A DNA stretch of 32,000 nt from Bermanella sp. WJH001. GTDB lineage: Bacteria > Pseudomonadota > Gammaproteobacteria > Pseudomonadales > Oceanobacteraceae. Below the pieces are notes generated by a model. The model made no database searches and was not told the DNA's origin. It worked only from the letters and a program-made list of their open reading frames with translations. Of the stretch, positions 8,828 to 18,647 are shown one piece after another. The position numbers and the translations under genes are program-made. Location: assembly GCF_030070105.2 (NCBI RefSeq), contig NZ_CP194951.1, positions 537,981-569,980 of the forward strand, in the 5' to 3' direction. Each line of letters opens with the position of its first letter. Positions within the stretch are counted from its first letter, which is position 1.

Positions 8828-10186
8828 ATGAAGAAAACGTTAATCGGGTCAGCCATTGCGCTGACCCTAGCTGCCGGCAACGTGCTGGCAGCGGTATCAG
8901 CTACAGAAGCAGCCCGTTTAGGTAAAGACCTGACGCCAATGGGTGCTGAGAAAAATGGTAACGGTGGTGCCATCCCAGCTTGGACGGGTGGCATTGAGTC
9001 GCCAGCTGGCTTTAAAGTGGGCAGCAAGCACATTGACCCATTTGCTGGTGATAAAGTGCAGTTCACCATTACGGCTCAAAACTACACCAAGTACGCAGCA
9101 AACTTGACCGAAGGTCAGATTGCTATGTTTAAGAAATACCCAGAAACCTACAAAATGCCGGTTTATCAAACTCGCCGTAGTTCTGCGTACCCACAAAACG
9201 TGTATGACAAGACTAAAGAGAACGCCACGGCCACTAAGCTAGTTGGCGGTGGTAATGGTTTGTCTAACTATGATGTGGGTGTACCGTTCCCAATTCCAGC
9301 GGATGGCATTGAAGTGATTTGGAATCACATTGTACGTTACCGTGGTGGTAGTGTGAGCCGTGTGGTTGGTCAAGCCACTCCACAGCCAAACGGTACTTAC
9401 ACCATGGTGAAGTTTAAAGATGAATTCACCTTTAAAAACAAACTGTCTGACTATGATCCAGCAACCATGAAAGACAACAATATCTTGTTTTATTTCAAGC
9501 AAGATGTTGTGTCACCTGCTCGTTTAGCGGGTAACGTTTTACTTGTTCACGAAACACTAGACCAAGTAAAAGAGCCGCGTAAAGCATGGATCTATAACGC
9601 AGGTCAGCGTCGTGTTCGTCGTGCACCTCAGGTAGCCTATGACGGTCCAGGTACTGCATCTGATGGTCTTCGTACTTCTGATAACTTCGATATGTATAAC
9701 GGTGCACCTGACCGTTACACTTGGAAGTTGATTGGTAAAAAAGAAGTCTACATTCCATACAACTCTTATAAGCTAAACTCTGGCGACCTTAAATATGATG
9801 ACATCATCAAAGCGGGTCACATTAACCAAGATCTAACTCGTTACGAGTTGCACCGTGTATGGCATGTTGAAGCGACACTTAAAGATGGCCAGCGTCATAT
9901 TTATGGTAAGCGTACCTTCTATATTGATGAAGATACTTGGCAAGCCACTGAAATTGACCATTTCGACGGCCGTGGTGAGTTATGGCGTGTAGCAGAAGCA
10001 CACAACATTTACTTCTATGATCGTAAAGTGCCTTGGTACACCATCGAAACATTATATGACTTGCAGTCTGGTCGTTACCTAGCACTTGGTCTAGATAACG
10101 AAGAAACCAAGCCATATGACTTTGGTTTTACTCGTAGTGAAAAAGATTACACCCCAGCAGCGCTTCGCCGCTCAGGTGTGCGTTAA
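8828..10186 (+). CDS. DUF1329 family protein (periplasmic lipoprotein-sorting-like fold)
   Basis: 'VSATEAARLGKDLTPMGAEKNGNGGAIPAWTGG' start and 'RKAWIYNAGQRRVRRAPQVAYD' are typical of DUF1329. Signal peptide. Directly follows the DUF1302 gene. Confidence 0.88.
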   Translation: MKKTLIGSAIALTLAAGNVLAAVSATEAARLGKDLTPMGAEKNGNGGAIPAWTGGIESPAGFKVGSKHIDPFAGDKVQFTITAQNYTKYAANLTEGQIAMFKKYPETYKMPVYQTRRSSAYPQNVYDKTKENATATKLVGGGNGLSNYDVGVPFPIPADGIEVIWNHIVRYRGGSVSRVVGQATPQPNGTYTMVKFKDEFTFKNKLSDYDPATMKDNNILFYFKQDVVSPARLAGNVLLVHETLDQVKEPRKAWIYNAGQRRVRRAPQVAYDGPGTASDGLRTSDNFDMYNGAPDRYTWKLIGKKEVYIPYNSYKLNSGDLKYDDIIKAGHINQDLTRYELHRVWHVEATLKDGQRHIYGKRTFYIDEDTWQATEIDHFDGRGELWRVAEAHNIYFYDRKVPWYTIETLYDLQSGRYLALGLDNEETKPYDFGFTRSEKDYTPAALRRSGVR

Positions 10187-10212
10187 TTAGCTCCGGTTAA
10201 TTAGCTTTTGTG

Positions 10213-10245
10213 AAAGCCCTTGTTCTTGGACAAGGGCTTTTTTAT
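10213..10245 (+). terminator. Rho-independent terminator after the lipase-DUF1302-DUF1329 genes
   Basis: AAAGCCCTTGT-TCTTGG-ACAAGGGCTTT stem-loop (10213-10240) followed by TTT. Confidence 0.88.
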
Positions 10246-10426
10246 TGCCTTGTTGTACGTAAAGTAATGCTGAGTTAACCCAAATGGATTGGGTGATTTG
10301 CGCCATTGTTGCCAAATCACAATCTATTCTTGATATTGCTAATGCTAAGTGTTCTTATGCAAAGAGCTGGCGTATTCCGTCTGAGCATATAGATTAAAAA
10401 ATAATAAGAATATCTGGGGATTAGTT

Positions 10427-13129
10427 GTGTTTTCCATTGAAAACTCTGTCGTTAAAACTCTCTCTGAAAGCCGTGTGCGTGTTTTGGCAATGAAGCTTCA
10501 ATTGCCATTGTTACCTCTGCACTTTATTCGCCGTGACTCGGTGATGGAAAAACTGGATAAAGCCTCCCAATCTCGCTTTTTTGTATTTGAAGCAGCCGCC
10601 GGTTATGGCAAGTCATTATCTTTAGCGCAATGGCTTCACCAAAAAAAACAACACAAAGAAGCGGTTGCTTGGCTAACCCTTGATCCAAAAGAAAACGACC
10701 CCTTTCGTTTATTAACATACCTTATTTGTGCCATTCATTCTGCTGATAATAAAAGTGTTCCAAAGACACTTAAGGCATTGGAGGAAGCAAAATCAATTGA
10801 TGAAATAGTGACTTTATTGCATCTTGAGTTGGCAGCCATTTCCCATGTTTTGCATTTGGCATTAGATGATATTCACCATATCAGCAGTGAAGAAAGTTTA
10901 GAGTTAATAGAGCAGCTCGTCGCTCATACCCCCGCCAATTTAAAAATATACTTTACCGCCACATCGTTATTTCCAATTGATATGTCACGTGCAATTGGCC
11001 AAGGACAATGTGTGTTTATTGATGAGAAGAATCTGGCCTTAAATAAAGAAGAAGCAAAACAGTGGCTGAGTTATGCGATTAAAGCGCCACTTGAAGAAAA
11101 TCAAATTAACGACATCTTTTTACAAAGCGAAGGCTGGTTTACAGGTTTGGTTTTGATTAAGTATTTATATGAAAACGATCAGCCTACGAAGGTCAAAGGT
11201 GATGAAAAAATCATTACAGACTATTTTGAACAACAGTGGCGCCCATCAATAAATGAAGATGAATATGTGCTGTGTAGTCAATTGTCCCACATAGGAAAAG
11301 CCAGTGGCTTATATTTGGATGCGGTATATGAAACATCGGACAGCCAAACCCTATTAGGTTCTTTAACTAAAAAGCATGCCCTAGTGATTGCCGATAAAGA
11401 ACGCAACAGCTGGTATCACGTTCACCCACTTTTAAGTGCTTATTTATCGAATTTAAGTGATGGTCTTGCTCGGGTTTCAGAATTAGAAAAAGCCAGCGTT
11501 TGGCTTAATCAACATGGTTATTATGTTGAGGCGGTGGAGATGGCTCTAAAAGCAGGAAATAAGCAGCAAGCCGCGCAATTACTGCAAACAACCGCTGAAA
11601 CGATTTTAGAAGAACAAGACATTGCTCAATTGCTGCAATGGAAAAAACAATTACCCGATGATGTGATTACCGTCTCGCCACGCTTGGTCATTATTTTTAG
11701 TTGGACTTTAGCGTTTGCACAACAACTTGATGATGCCGAGCGTTTGATGGCACAAATGGATCGCTTTTTAGTGACAGGTAGCGGTGCCATTACCGACGGT
11801 GTATCCGGACAATTATTTGCAATACGGGCTTACATTGCCCGTTGTCGTGGCAAAATCAGTAACGCGATTCAGTTGTGTAAGCAAGCTCTGGATAAGTTAG
11901 ACGATACAAACTACGTCGCAAAATCTGTTACTTATTTTAACTTATCCAATGTCTATATGACGTTGAACAAGGTGAGTGAAGCCCGTCATTATAATCGGCT
12001 ATCATTTGAGACTGCTCGTGCAGTGGGCAGCATACATTTAGAGATGCTTGCCCTGCATGAACAGGCTCGTATCGAGCAAGTGAAAGGTAACTTATACCTA
12101 GCAGAAAAAATATTAAACGAAGGATTGGCTTTGTCTGAAAGGCTACCCAATCGCAATAAAGCGGCAGCTTATGGAAGGTTGCTTGTTTATAAGGGTTATA
12201 TCGTTTGGTTGCGCAACCATAAAGATGAAGCAGAGCAACTATTATTACAAGGCATTGAAATATCAGAGCAATGCCATGACTCCTACATCATCATGGGTTA
12301 TGTATTACTGAATAACTTAGCGCGCCAGCGTGGCCAAATCGAAAAAGCATACGATTATTTATCCAAGGTAGAAGCGATACTGCAATATTGGTCGGTACCT
12401 GGATTTATATACCAGCCTTGGCTGTCTACCATGCGTGTCAACTTATTGATTGATGAAAACAAAATTGACACCGCTCAGGCAAACCTTAAGCATTTACAAG
12501 GTTTGCTTGAGCAAAATGAATATGCGCTTTCGCCAGAACATTATCCGGACCTCAAAGGTTTGGTCGAAGTATTTTCAGTCAGAGCCAAGTCAATTGCAGG
12601 CCAGCATAAAACGGCCCTTAAGCAACTGGATAAAAAACTAGAAGGTGGCTCTCAAGACCAGCAAGGTTTTTCAATGATCTTTATCTATTTGATGCGCGCA
12701 TTGTTGCGTTATCAATTGGGTCAGGAAGATAATGCGCTACAAGACTTCCGCAAGGCCATATCCATGGCAGAAAAGAATTTTTGTATTATGCCGTTTATTG
12801 AATATAGCCCAGGCATGGCGGCGCTGTATCAACAACTGCCAAGCAATATCAAACAAAAAGAGTTCATTCGAACCATCCTAAGTAATATTGAGCTAAATGA
12901 CCAAGGTCATCACAATCAGGCCTTTGCTCAAATTCGCAGTATCATTAGTCAACGGGAGTTAGCCGTACTTAAGCTCATTGCAGAAGGTCTTAGCAACCAA
13001 GAGATTGCTGAGCGCTTGTTTATTAGCTTACATACAGTGAAAACCCATGCACGACGCATTAATGGCAAGCTGGCGGTTAAGAGTCGCACCCAAGCCATTA
13101 TCAAAGCACGAGAGATCGGCGTGATTTAG
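10427..13129 (+). CDS. LuxR-family transcriptional regulator, MalT-like large ATP-binding (STAND-type) architecture
   Basis: P-loop '[15 protein letters not shown]', TPR-like middle, C-terminal LuxR HTH '[50 protein letters not shown]'. Confidence 0.9.
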   Translation: MFSIENSVVKTLSESRVRVLAMKLQLPLLPLHFIRRDSVMEKLDKASQSRFFVFEAAAGYGKSLSLAQWLHQKKQHKEAVAWLTLDPKENDPFRLLTYLICAIHSADNKSVPKTLKALEEAKSIDEIVTLLHLELAAISHVLHLALDDIHHISSEESLELIEQLVAHTPANLKIYFTATSLFPIDMSRAIGQGQCVFIDEKNLALNKEEAKQWLSYAIKAPLEENQINDIFLQSEGWFTGLVLIKYLYENDQPTKVKGDEKIITDYFEQQWRPSINEDEYVLCSQLSHIGKASGLYLDAVYETSDSQTLLGSLTKKHALVIADKERNSWYHVHPLLSAYLSNLSDGLARVSELEKASVWLNQHGYYVEAVEMALKAGNKQQAAQLLQTTAETILEEQDIAQLLQWKKQLPDDVITVSPRLVIIFSWTLAFAQQLDDAERLMAQMDRFLVTGSGAITDGVSGQLFAIRAYIARCRGKISNAIQLCKQALDKLDDTNYVAKSVTYFNLSNVYMTLNKVSEARHYNRLSFETARAVGSIHLEMLALHEQARIEQVKGNLYLAEKILNEGLALSERLPNRNKAAAYGRLLVYKGYIVWLRNHKDEAEQLLLQGIEISEQCHDSYIIMGYVLLNNLARQRGQIEKAYDYLSKVEAILQYWSVPGFIYQPWLSTMRVNLLIDENKIDTAQANLKHLQGLLEQNEYALSPEHYPDLKGLVEVFSVRAKSIAGQHKTALKQLDKKLEGGSQDQQGFSMIFIYLMRALLRYQLGQEDNALQDFRKAISMAEKNFCIMPFIEYSPGMAALYQQLPSNIKQKEFIRTILSNIELNDQGHHNQAFAQIRSIISQRELAVLKLIAEGLSNQEIAERLFISLHTVKTHARRINGKLAVKSRTQAIIKAREIGVI

Positions 13130-13193
13130 CGTTCGCACTTGGCAATTATTCGTTCATGAGCTAAACCTAAATAATAATCATAGGTATAGAATC

Positions 13194-14369
13194 ATGGATG
13201 GCGACAACATTATCTCTATATTAAGTGAACGCCCACGGCTATTGGATGATAGCCTTGGAAAGCGTTACACACTTAAGCAATATCCCATTGAAGCTCAACT
13301 ATTAAGTAAGCTTGACCCTGACACCAAGCTGATTGTTTTAGATTTTATTGAGCACGGCCCAGAAGCATTAGAATTGATCAAAAACATCCGAAATAAAGGT
13401 GGTTTTGATCAAGTACCCATTATTGTATTAGAAGGGGAGCACCTTCATCACTCAAGCATTCAAGCCTTTGAGATGGGCTGCGATGACATCATTGATAAAG
13501 GGGTCAATGAAGCTGAGATAGCTCTTCGCTGCGAAAAACTCATCTTCAACAAAATCGCCAGTGATCAACTACAAGCTCAGGTTAAACAAGCCACTGAGCT
13601 GGCCTTTATTGCCATGTCAGATACTTCTGACTTGGGTATTAACATTCAGTTTTTACTTGAAGTACATCAATGCAGTAATTTAGACGAATTGGGCATGCGG
13701 CTTTTACAAGCAGTCAATGCTTACGGACTAAAAGCAAGTGTCCAGCTACGAAGTGAAATGGGCACAAAAAACATGGAAGCCTCAGGCATGGAGCGTGAGT
13801 TAGAATCAAAGCTAATGTGGGAGCTAAAGGATGACGGGCGCTACATTGACTTTGGCAAACGCAGCGTGATGAATTACGAGCAAGTTTCAGTGTTAGTCAA
13901 AGACATGCCGGTTGATGATGAAAAAAAATACGGCGCTTTAAAAGATAACCTGTTTTCGTTATTGCAAGGTGCAGATGCAAGACTAAAAGCACTAGAAAAT
14001 GTACAACAAGTGGAAGATCAGCAACAAATGGTCAGAAGCTTATCCATCAAAATGCAAAATATGATGGAAGACATTGATGATGGTTATCAAAGCGTGATGA
14101 AAAGCATCGCGGATGTGGTTGAAAACATGTCAGATGGAATAAATGAAGTGATCATGAATCTTGCTTTGCATGAAGAACAAGAACGTGCCTTAGAAAAAGT
14201 AATGGAATACGGGTTGCAAACCACAAATGCAATATTTTCTAAAGGCTTGCAACTAGATGAGGATTTCCAAAACGTAATTAAAGAGCTCGGCGTCTTTTTA
14301 TCAAATGATAAAGTGAAATTTACCGCCGAGCAGCGCAAGAAATTATTAAAAATCATCAATGAAAGCTAA
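13194..14369 (+). CDS. Response-regulator-receiver-like protein with uncharacterised C-terminal region
   Basis: REC-like 'TKLIVLDFIEHGPEALELIKNIRNKGGFDQVPIIVLEGEHLHHSSIQAFEMGCDDIIDKG'. Helical/coiled C-terminus with no recognisable DNA-binding domain. Confidence 0.6.
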   Translation: MDGDNIISILSERPRLLDDSLGKRYTLKQYPIEAQLLSKLDPDTKLIVLDFIEHGPEALELIKNIRNKGGFDQVPIIVLEGEHLHHSSIQAFEMGCDDIIDKGVNEAEIALRCEKLIFNKIASDQLQAQVKQATELAFIAMSDTSDLGINIQFLLEVHQCSNLDELGMRLLQAVNAYGLKASVQLRSEMGTKNMEASGMERELESKLMWELKDDGRYIDFGKRSVMNYEQVSVLVKDMPVDDEKKYGALKDNLFSLLQGADARLKALENVQQVEDQQQMVRSLSIKMQNMMEDIDDGYQSVMKSIADVVENMSDGINEVIMNLALHEEQERALEKVMEYGLQTTNAIFSKGLQLDEDFQNVIKELGVFLSNDKVKFTAEQRKKLLKIINES

Positions 14370-14380
14370 GTGCTGTGCAC

Positions 14381-15316
14381 TTAGCGATTCAATGCCCCGC
14401 AGCTATGCATATCTGAAAAATCCACATTCCAAGGTTGTTCTGAACGCAGTTCCTCCACAATAAAGTCCACAAACGATCTGACCTTTACACTTAAATGGCG
14501 GTTGCTTGGATAAAGCGCGTGTATTGGTGTACTGGTATTAGACCAATCACAAAGCAAAGGAATCAAACGGCCAGCTTTAATATCTTCTGCACACAAAAAT
14601 GCCGGTAAGCGAGAAACCCCTAAGCCATTAAGCGCCATTTTCCGCATGCTTAAGGCATCGTTTACTTGCACCTTTGGTTTTAAATCAACACTCACGGCTT
14701 CTGGTGTATCGTATTCCCAAGTATTACGTGCGCTCCAACCAAGGGTTGTGTGCTCATATAATTCTTTAGGGTGACTTGGAGAGCCGTGTTTTTCTATGTA
14801 TGCAGGGCTTGCACAAGTTACCGTTTGCACGCTGCCAAGAGAGCGGGCAATTAATGATGAATCGGCAAGGTGGCCCACACGAAAAGCCACATCGATGCCT
14901 TCTTGTATTAAATCCAATGGTTGATCGGTTAACACGATGTCTAGCTGGATCTCAGGATTCTTTTGTAAAAACTCCGACACAAGATCACTTAGCACCTCGG
15001 CGCCAAACAACATGGGGGCGGTGATGCGCAGTAAACCTTTAGGCTTGGACTGCATCTCAGTGACCGCAATGTTGGCTTCTTCCACATCACCAATAATGCG
15101 TGAGCATTGATTGTAATAGGCACTGCCAGTATCCGTTAAGCTTAACGTGCGTGTGGTGCGCTGAAGTAAGCGCACGCCAAGGCGTTCTTCAAGCTGCGTG
15201 ATCTTTCGGCTCACGGTGGATTTAGGTAGTCCAAGGTTTTTAGCGGCTCCTGTAAAGCTGCCCGCATCGACGACTTTAACGAAGATGGCAATTTCGTTGA
15301 GATCAAATTGTTCCAT
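14381..15316 (-). CDS. LysR-family transcriptional regulator
   Basis: N-terminal HTH 'FDLNEIAIFVKVVDAGSFTGAAKNLGLPKSTVSRKITQLEERLGVRLLQRTTRTLSLT'. Confidence 0.95.
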   Translation of the reverse strand: MEQFDLNEIAIFVKVVDAGSFTGAAKNLGLPKSTVSRKITQLEERLGVRLLQRTTRTLSLTDTGSAYYNQCSRIIGDVEEANIAVTEMQSKPKGLLRITAPMLFGAEVLSDLVSEFLQKNPEIQLDIVLTDQPLDLIQEGIDVAFRVGHLADSSLIARSLGSVQTVTCASPAYIEKHGSPSHPKELYEHTTLGWSARNTWEYDTPEAVSVDLKPKVQVNDALSMRKMALNGLGVSRLPAFLCAEDIKAGRLIPLLCDWSNTSTPIHALYPSNRHLSVKVRSFVDFIVEELRSEQPWNVDFSDMHSCGALNR

Positions 15317-15602
15317 GGTAATGCCCGTTTAAAATCTATTACTGTTCGTATTGTGGAACAATAATCCCGTTCGCGCCAGTTCTTTTTAATGGTACATATG
15401 TACTCTATATTTTATTGGCTTGATTGTTTATTGATCAAATTAGTATAAAACAGTGAGTTTTTAGTTAAATTTCAGTGGTGGCTTCTTTTGTCCATTGGCA
15501 TACTTCGGCGCAATTTTTCCAATTATAAAAATAAACGTGGAAGACAGGGCCGTACAGATTTTAGTTACGGCGTACTCTAGCTTGTTAAATAAGGTGAATA
15601 TC

Positions 15603-17153
15603 GTGATCAACAAAAAAATAGCACTAAGATCAGCGATCGTGGCGGCGAGCATCCTGCCATCTCTTGCAATGGCCTCTGGTTATAAACTAAACGAACAATC
15701 TGCTGCTGGTATGGGTACTGCCCACGCTGGCCGCGCAGCCATGGCTGACGACGCGTCTGTTGTATTCTACAACCCAGCGGCCATGACTGAATTAGACCGT
15801 GCACAACTAACGGCTGGTTTTACTTACATTAAAGGTCACGGTGAGTTCACTGGTAATGCTACAAATGCTGGTGGCTTTGATATTACAGGCGCGGATGATT
15901 CAGATCCTTACTCTGACGGTGGTAATTACCTAGGCGAGTCATTCATCCCATTCTTCTACTATGCGCGCCCAATTAATGAGAAGTTGTCTGTGGGCCTTGG
16001 TGTATTTACTCCATTTGGCACCAAAACCAACTATGAAGATGACTTTGTAGGTGGTGGTTTTGCAGATGAAACTTCACTTATCTCTTTAGAGTTAGCCCCT
16101 ACTTTTGCTTACAAGGTAAATGAGCAATTAAGTATCGGTGGTGGTCTTGATATCGTTTATATGGAAGGTTTGCTATCCAAGTTTGTTGACACGGTTCCTT
16201 ATAGTGCGCAACTAGCTGGACTTTATGCTCAAACAGAAGCAGCAGGTGGTGACGGTGATGCAGCTCTTAAAAATCAGGGCTTAGCGCAAGGTGAAAACTC
16301 TCCTCTTATAGATTCAACAAATGCCGGCTTTGAAAACCATTACGAAGTAAAAGGCGACGACTGGGGTATTGGTTGGAATTTTGCGGCTTATTATGAGCTA
16401 AGTGAAAAAACAACACTTGGCTTCACTTATCGTTCAGAAATTGAATTTGAACTTGAAGGTGATTCGAAGTTTGATGGTGCGGATACTTTCTATGTTTACT
16501 CTCAAGCAAACGATGCCAAAGTACCAGTTGGTGCTTTACTGGGGACAGCGCAAACATCTATTGCACCACAAGCCTCAAAAGTACCTTTAACCACTCCTGC
16601 TTCAGCAACTTTAGCGGTAACTCACCAGTTCAACGATGAGTTGCTACTTCAAGCGGGCGCAACTTGGACGGGTTGGTCTTCATTTCAATCATTTGATGTG
16701 ATTGCTACAGAAGACACTGCGGGTCTAGCTGATGGTGTTGCTCACATATCGGATATTTCAGAATTAAACGGTCTTGAAGACGGTTATATCGGTCACATTG
16801 ATGAGCGTTGGGTGGATGTATGGGCGGTTGCGTTTGGTGGTACTTACCAGCTAAACGACAAACTAGCACTGCGTGCCGGTTACGCTTATGACCAATCTCC
16901 AGTGCGTGATGAATACCGTACTGCCCGTGTGCCTTCTTCTGACCGTCAGTGGGTAACACTGGGTGCGGGTTATACTGTTAACCAAGATCTGTCTTTTGAT
17001 GTAGCGGCGGGTTACTTGTTCATGTACCCAATGGACTTGAATGAAGTAAACAAGGATCTTGATAACAACCCTACTTCTAGTAAAGCCAGTGTAACAGGCG
17101 AATACGAAATCGACGTATTTGGTTTGTCTGCTCAGGTGAACTACAAGTTCTAA
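15603..17153 (+). CDS. OmpP1/FadL family outer membrane porin (long-chain fatty acid/hydrophobic transporter)
   Basis: Mature N-terminus 'SGYKLNEQSAAGMGTAHAGRAAMADDASVVFYNPAAMTEL' is diagnostic; C-terminal 'VNYKF'. Start probably GTG at 15603 (MINKKIALRSAIVAASILPSLAMA) with AAGG upstream. Confidence 0.88.
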   Translation: MINKKIALRSAIVAASILPSLAMASGYKLNEQSAAGMGTAHAGRAAMADDASVVFYNPAAMTELDRAQLTAGFTYIKGHGEFTGNATNAGGFDITGADDSDPYSDGGNYLGESFIPFFYYARPINEKLSVGLGVFTPFGTKTNYEDDFVGGGFADETSLISLELAPTFAYKVNEQLSIGGGLDIVYMEGLLSKFVDTVPYSAQLAGLYAQTEAAGGDGDAALKNQGLAQGENSPLIDSTNAGFENHYEVKGDDWGIGWNFAAYYELSEKTTLGFTYRSEIEFELEGDSKFDGADTFYVYSQANDAKVPVGALLGTAQTSIAPQASKVPLTTPASATLAVTHQFNDELLLQAGATWTGWSSFQSFDVIATEDTAGLADGVAHISDISELNGLEDGYIGHIDERWVDVWAVAFGGTYQLNDKLALRAGYAYDQSPVRDEYRTARVPSSDRQWVTLGAGYTVNQDLSFDVAAGYLFMYPMDLNEVNKDLDNNPTSSKASVTGEYEIDVFGLSAQVNYKF

Positions 17154-17192
17154 TTTGAACTTTAGAAATGTTTTAAACAAGTTGTCTCTTGT

Positions 17193-17228
17193 GCGCATCT
17201 CAGCTTAGCTGGGGTGCGCTTTTTTTTG
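17193..17228 (+). terminator. Rho-independent terminator after the FadL-like gene
   Basis: GCGCATCTCAGC-TTA-GCTGGGGTGCGC (with G-U pairs) followed by T8. Confidence 0.85.
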
Positions 17229-17280
17229 CCTGTTGTTTTTGTATTAGCAATGAAGGTAAGTTTTGTGAAAGCTTGATACT

Positions 17281-17344
17281 TGTGGGAGGGCGCTCGCGCG
17301 CGACATTCATATCTTAGTTTGTCGCGCGCGAGCGCCCTCCCACA
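17281..17344. repeat. REP-like doublet (REPIN-like): 24-bp perfect inverted repeat with 16-nt loop
   Basis: TGTGGGAGGGCGCTCGCGCGCGAC...GTCGCGCGCGAGCGCCCTCCCACA. Directly read and complement-checked. Confidence 0.85.
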
Positions 17345-17652
17345 TTGTTATGAATAACATTATTACATTCGGCTTTGAGTCATTACTTAATACCAGCTTA
17401 ATATGTTGTGGCAAAGAGGATTTCTAGGCGGTTTTTCGAGAGGGGTTATGCCGCTTTCTTTTGGTGCACTCAAAAGATTAGACGAAATACGCATTAAATT
17501 TGTGCTGTCTTTTGATGCTTGGGTGCACAAGGGTAGGGCGGTGAGATAGGGTAGAGTCTTTAATCTAGCTCTAAGCTATTGATTTTACTTGAATATAAAA
17601 TTGGTACGAGGATTGCTAAATGTAAATATCATTTATTTAAAGTGGCACAAAA

Positions 17653-18528
17653 GTGAAGCAGCCTATGTACAGCGCCGAAGCAGATATGAGTAACCTGGCC
17701 GCATTGCATCAAAATCAGCAATTGCGCATCAAGGCGTTAGATTTAGTGAAATCCCTATTTGAGCAGGTACGTGTTGTACAGCAACACCGTGCTGCAACAA
17801 ACGCGGCCCTTGCGGGCAATCCGTTCTTTGAGAGCAAGACACGTGTGCTTGCCCGTGAAGTGAATTCACGTTTTAAGGAATTGGAGCGTCAACAACAAGA
17901 TTGCCTTGATGTAATCGACTCACGCCAGTGGGATGATATTCGTAACGCATGGCAAACGGTGCATTTGCAATGGCGCCAAGATGAAATCATTGAAAACTTT
18001 GAATTACACAGCCACCTCGTTAAACAACTCTTGTCGTATATCTCGATCTTGGGGAATAAGGTTGAAGACTTAATTGAAACAGGCAGCCAGCATCAAGCCT
18101 TAAGCCACTATGTGTTAAACGATGTACCGTCTTTTATTGAGCTACTTGGGCAAATACGTGCACTGGGTACCTCAACGGCGGTTGTGGGGATTATGGATGA
18201 TGCCTGTGATATGCGTTTACGCTTTTTAATGGGGCAGTTACAAAAACAACAAATCAAGGTGAAACAACAAGCTCATCATTTAAGCCAAGAGGCTTTAGAC
18301 ATTACCTCATCACTGATTGATGCTCTTTTATGTGAGCCTAAGCTTGAACGTTTAACCGGTATTGTGATGCATGATTTACTCAGTGGCCGCGATATTGTGA
18401 CCAGTGCGGATGAAATATTTACCTTAAGCACTCAAATTATTGATGCTCATTATAATGTGATGAATGAAGGGTTACGGATGTTGCGTCTAAGTATGGATAA
18501 GCGCATGCAGGCTTGGGTAAGCCGTTAA
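17653..18528 (+). CDS. Conserved hypothetical all-helical protein, possible NIT-like sensor domain
   Basis: Long ORF. 'VVQQHRAATNAALAGNPFFESKTRVLAREVNSRFKEL...NFELHSHLVKQLLSYISILGNKVEDL...SFIELLGQIRALG' resembles helical nitrate-sensing/chemoreceptor-like input domains. No TM seen. Confidence 0.6.
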   Translation: MKQPMYSAEADMSNLAALHQNQQLRIKALDLVKSLFEQVRVVQQHRAATNAALAGNPFFESKTRVLAREVNSRFKELERQQQDCLDVIDSRQWDDIRNAWQTVHLQWRQDEIIENFELHSHLVKQLLSYISILGNKVEDLIETGSQHQALSHYVLNDVPSFIELLGQIRALGTSTAVVGIMDDACDMRLRFLMGQLQKQQIKVKQQAHHLSQEALDITSSLIDALLCEPKLERLTGIVMHDLLSGRDIVTSADEIFTLSTQIIDAHYNVMNEGLRMLRLSMDKRMQAWVSR

Positions 18529-18591
18529 TGATTCACTCGCGGGGGCGAGTTAATAGCAGGTTATGTTTCATTTCTAAACGGTTTAGAGTAT

Positions 18592-18638
18592 GTCGGGCAT
18601 GGCCCGACACAAGCAGTTGTCGGTGGTCAGTGCCCACC
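18592..18638. repeat. Pair of small REP-like hairpins
   Basis: GTCGGGC-ATG-GCCCGAC (18592-18608) and GGTGGTCAGTGCCCACC (18622-18638, imperfect palindrome). Confidence 0.6.
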
Positions 18639-18647
18639 CTACAAACT

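Noticed and set aside
14087-14359. 90-aa minus-strand ORF antisense to the REC-like gene
   Set aside because: Low-complexity Ser/Lys-rich translation opposite a coherent ORF; no independent support.
17281-17344. Reading the long inverted repeat as a Rho-independent terminator
   Set aside because: It lacks a T-tract, and the FadL-like gene already has a clear terminator at 17193-17228. The arm sequence fits a REP-type element better.
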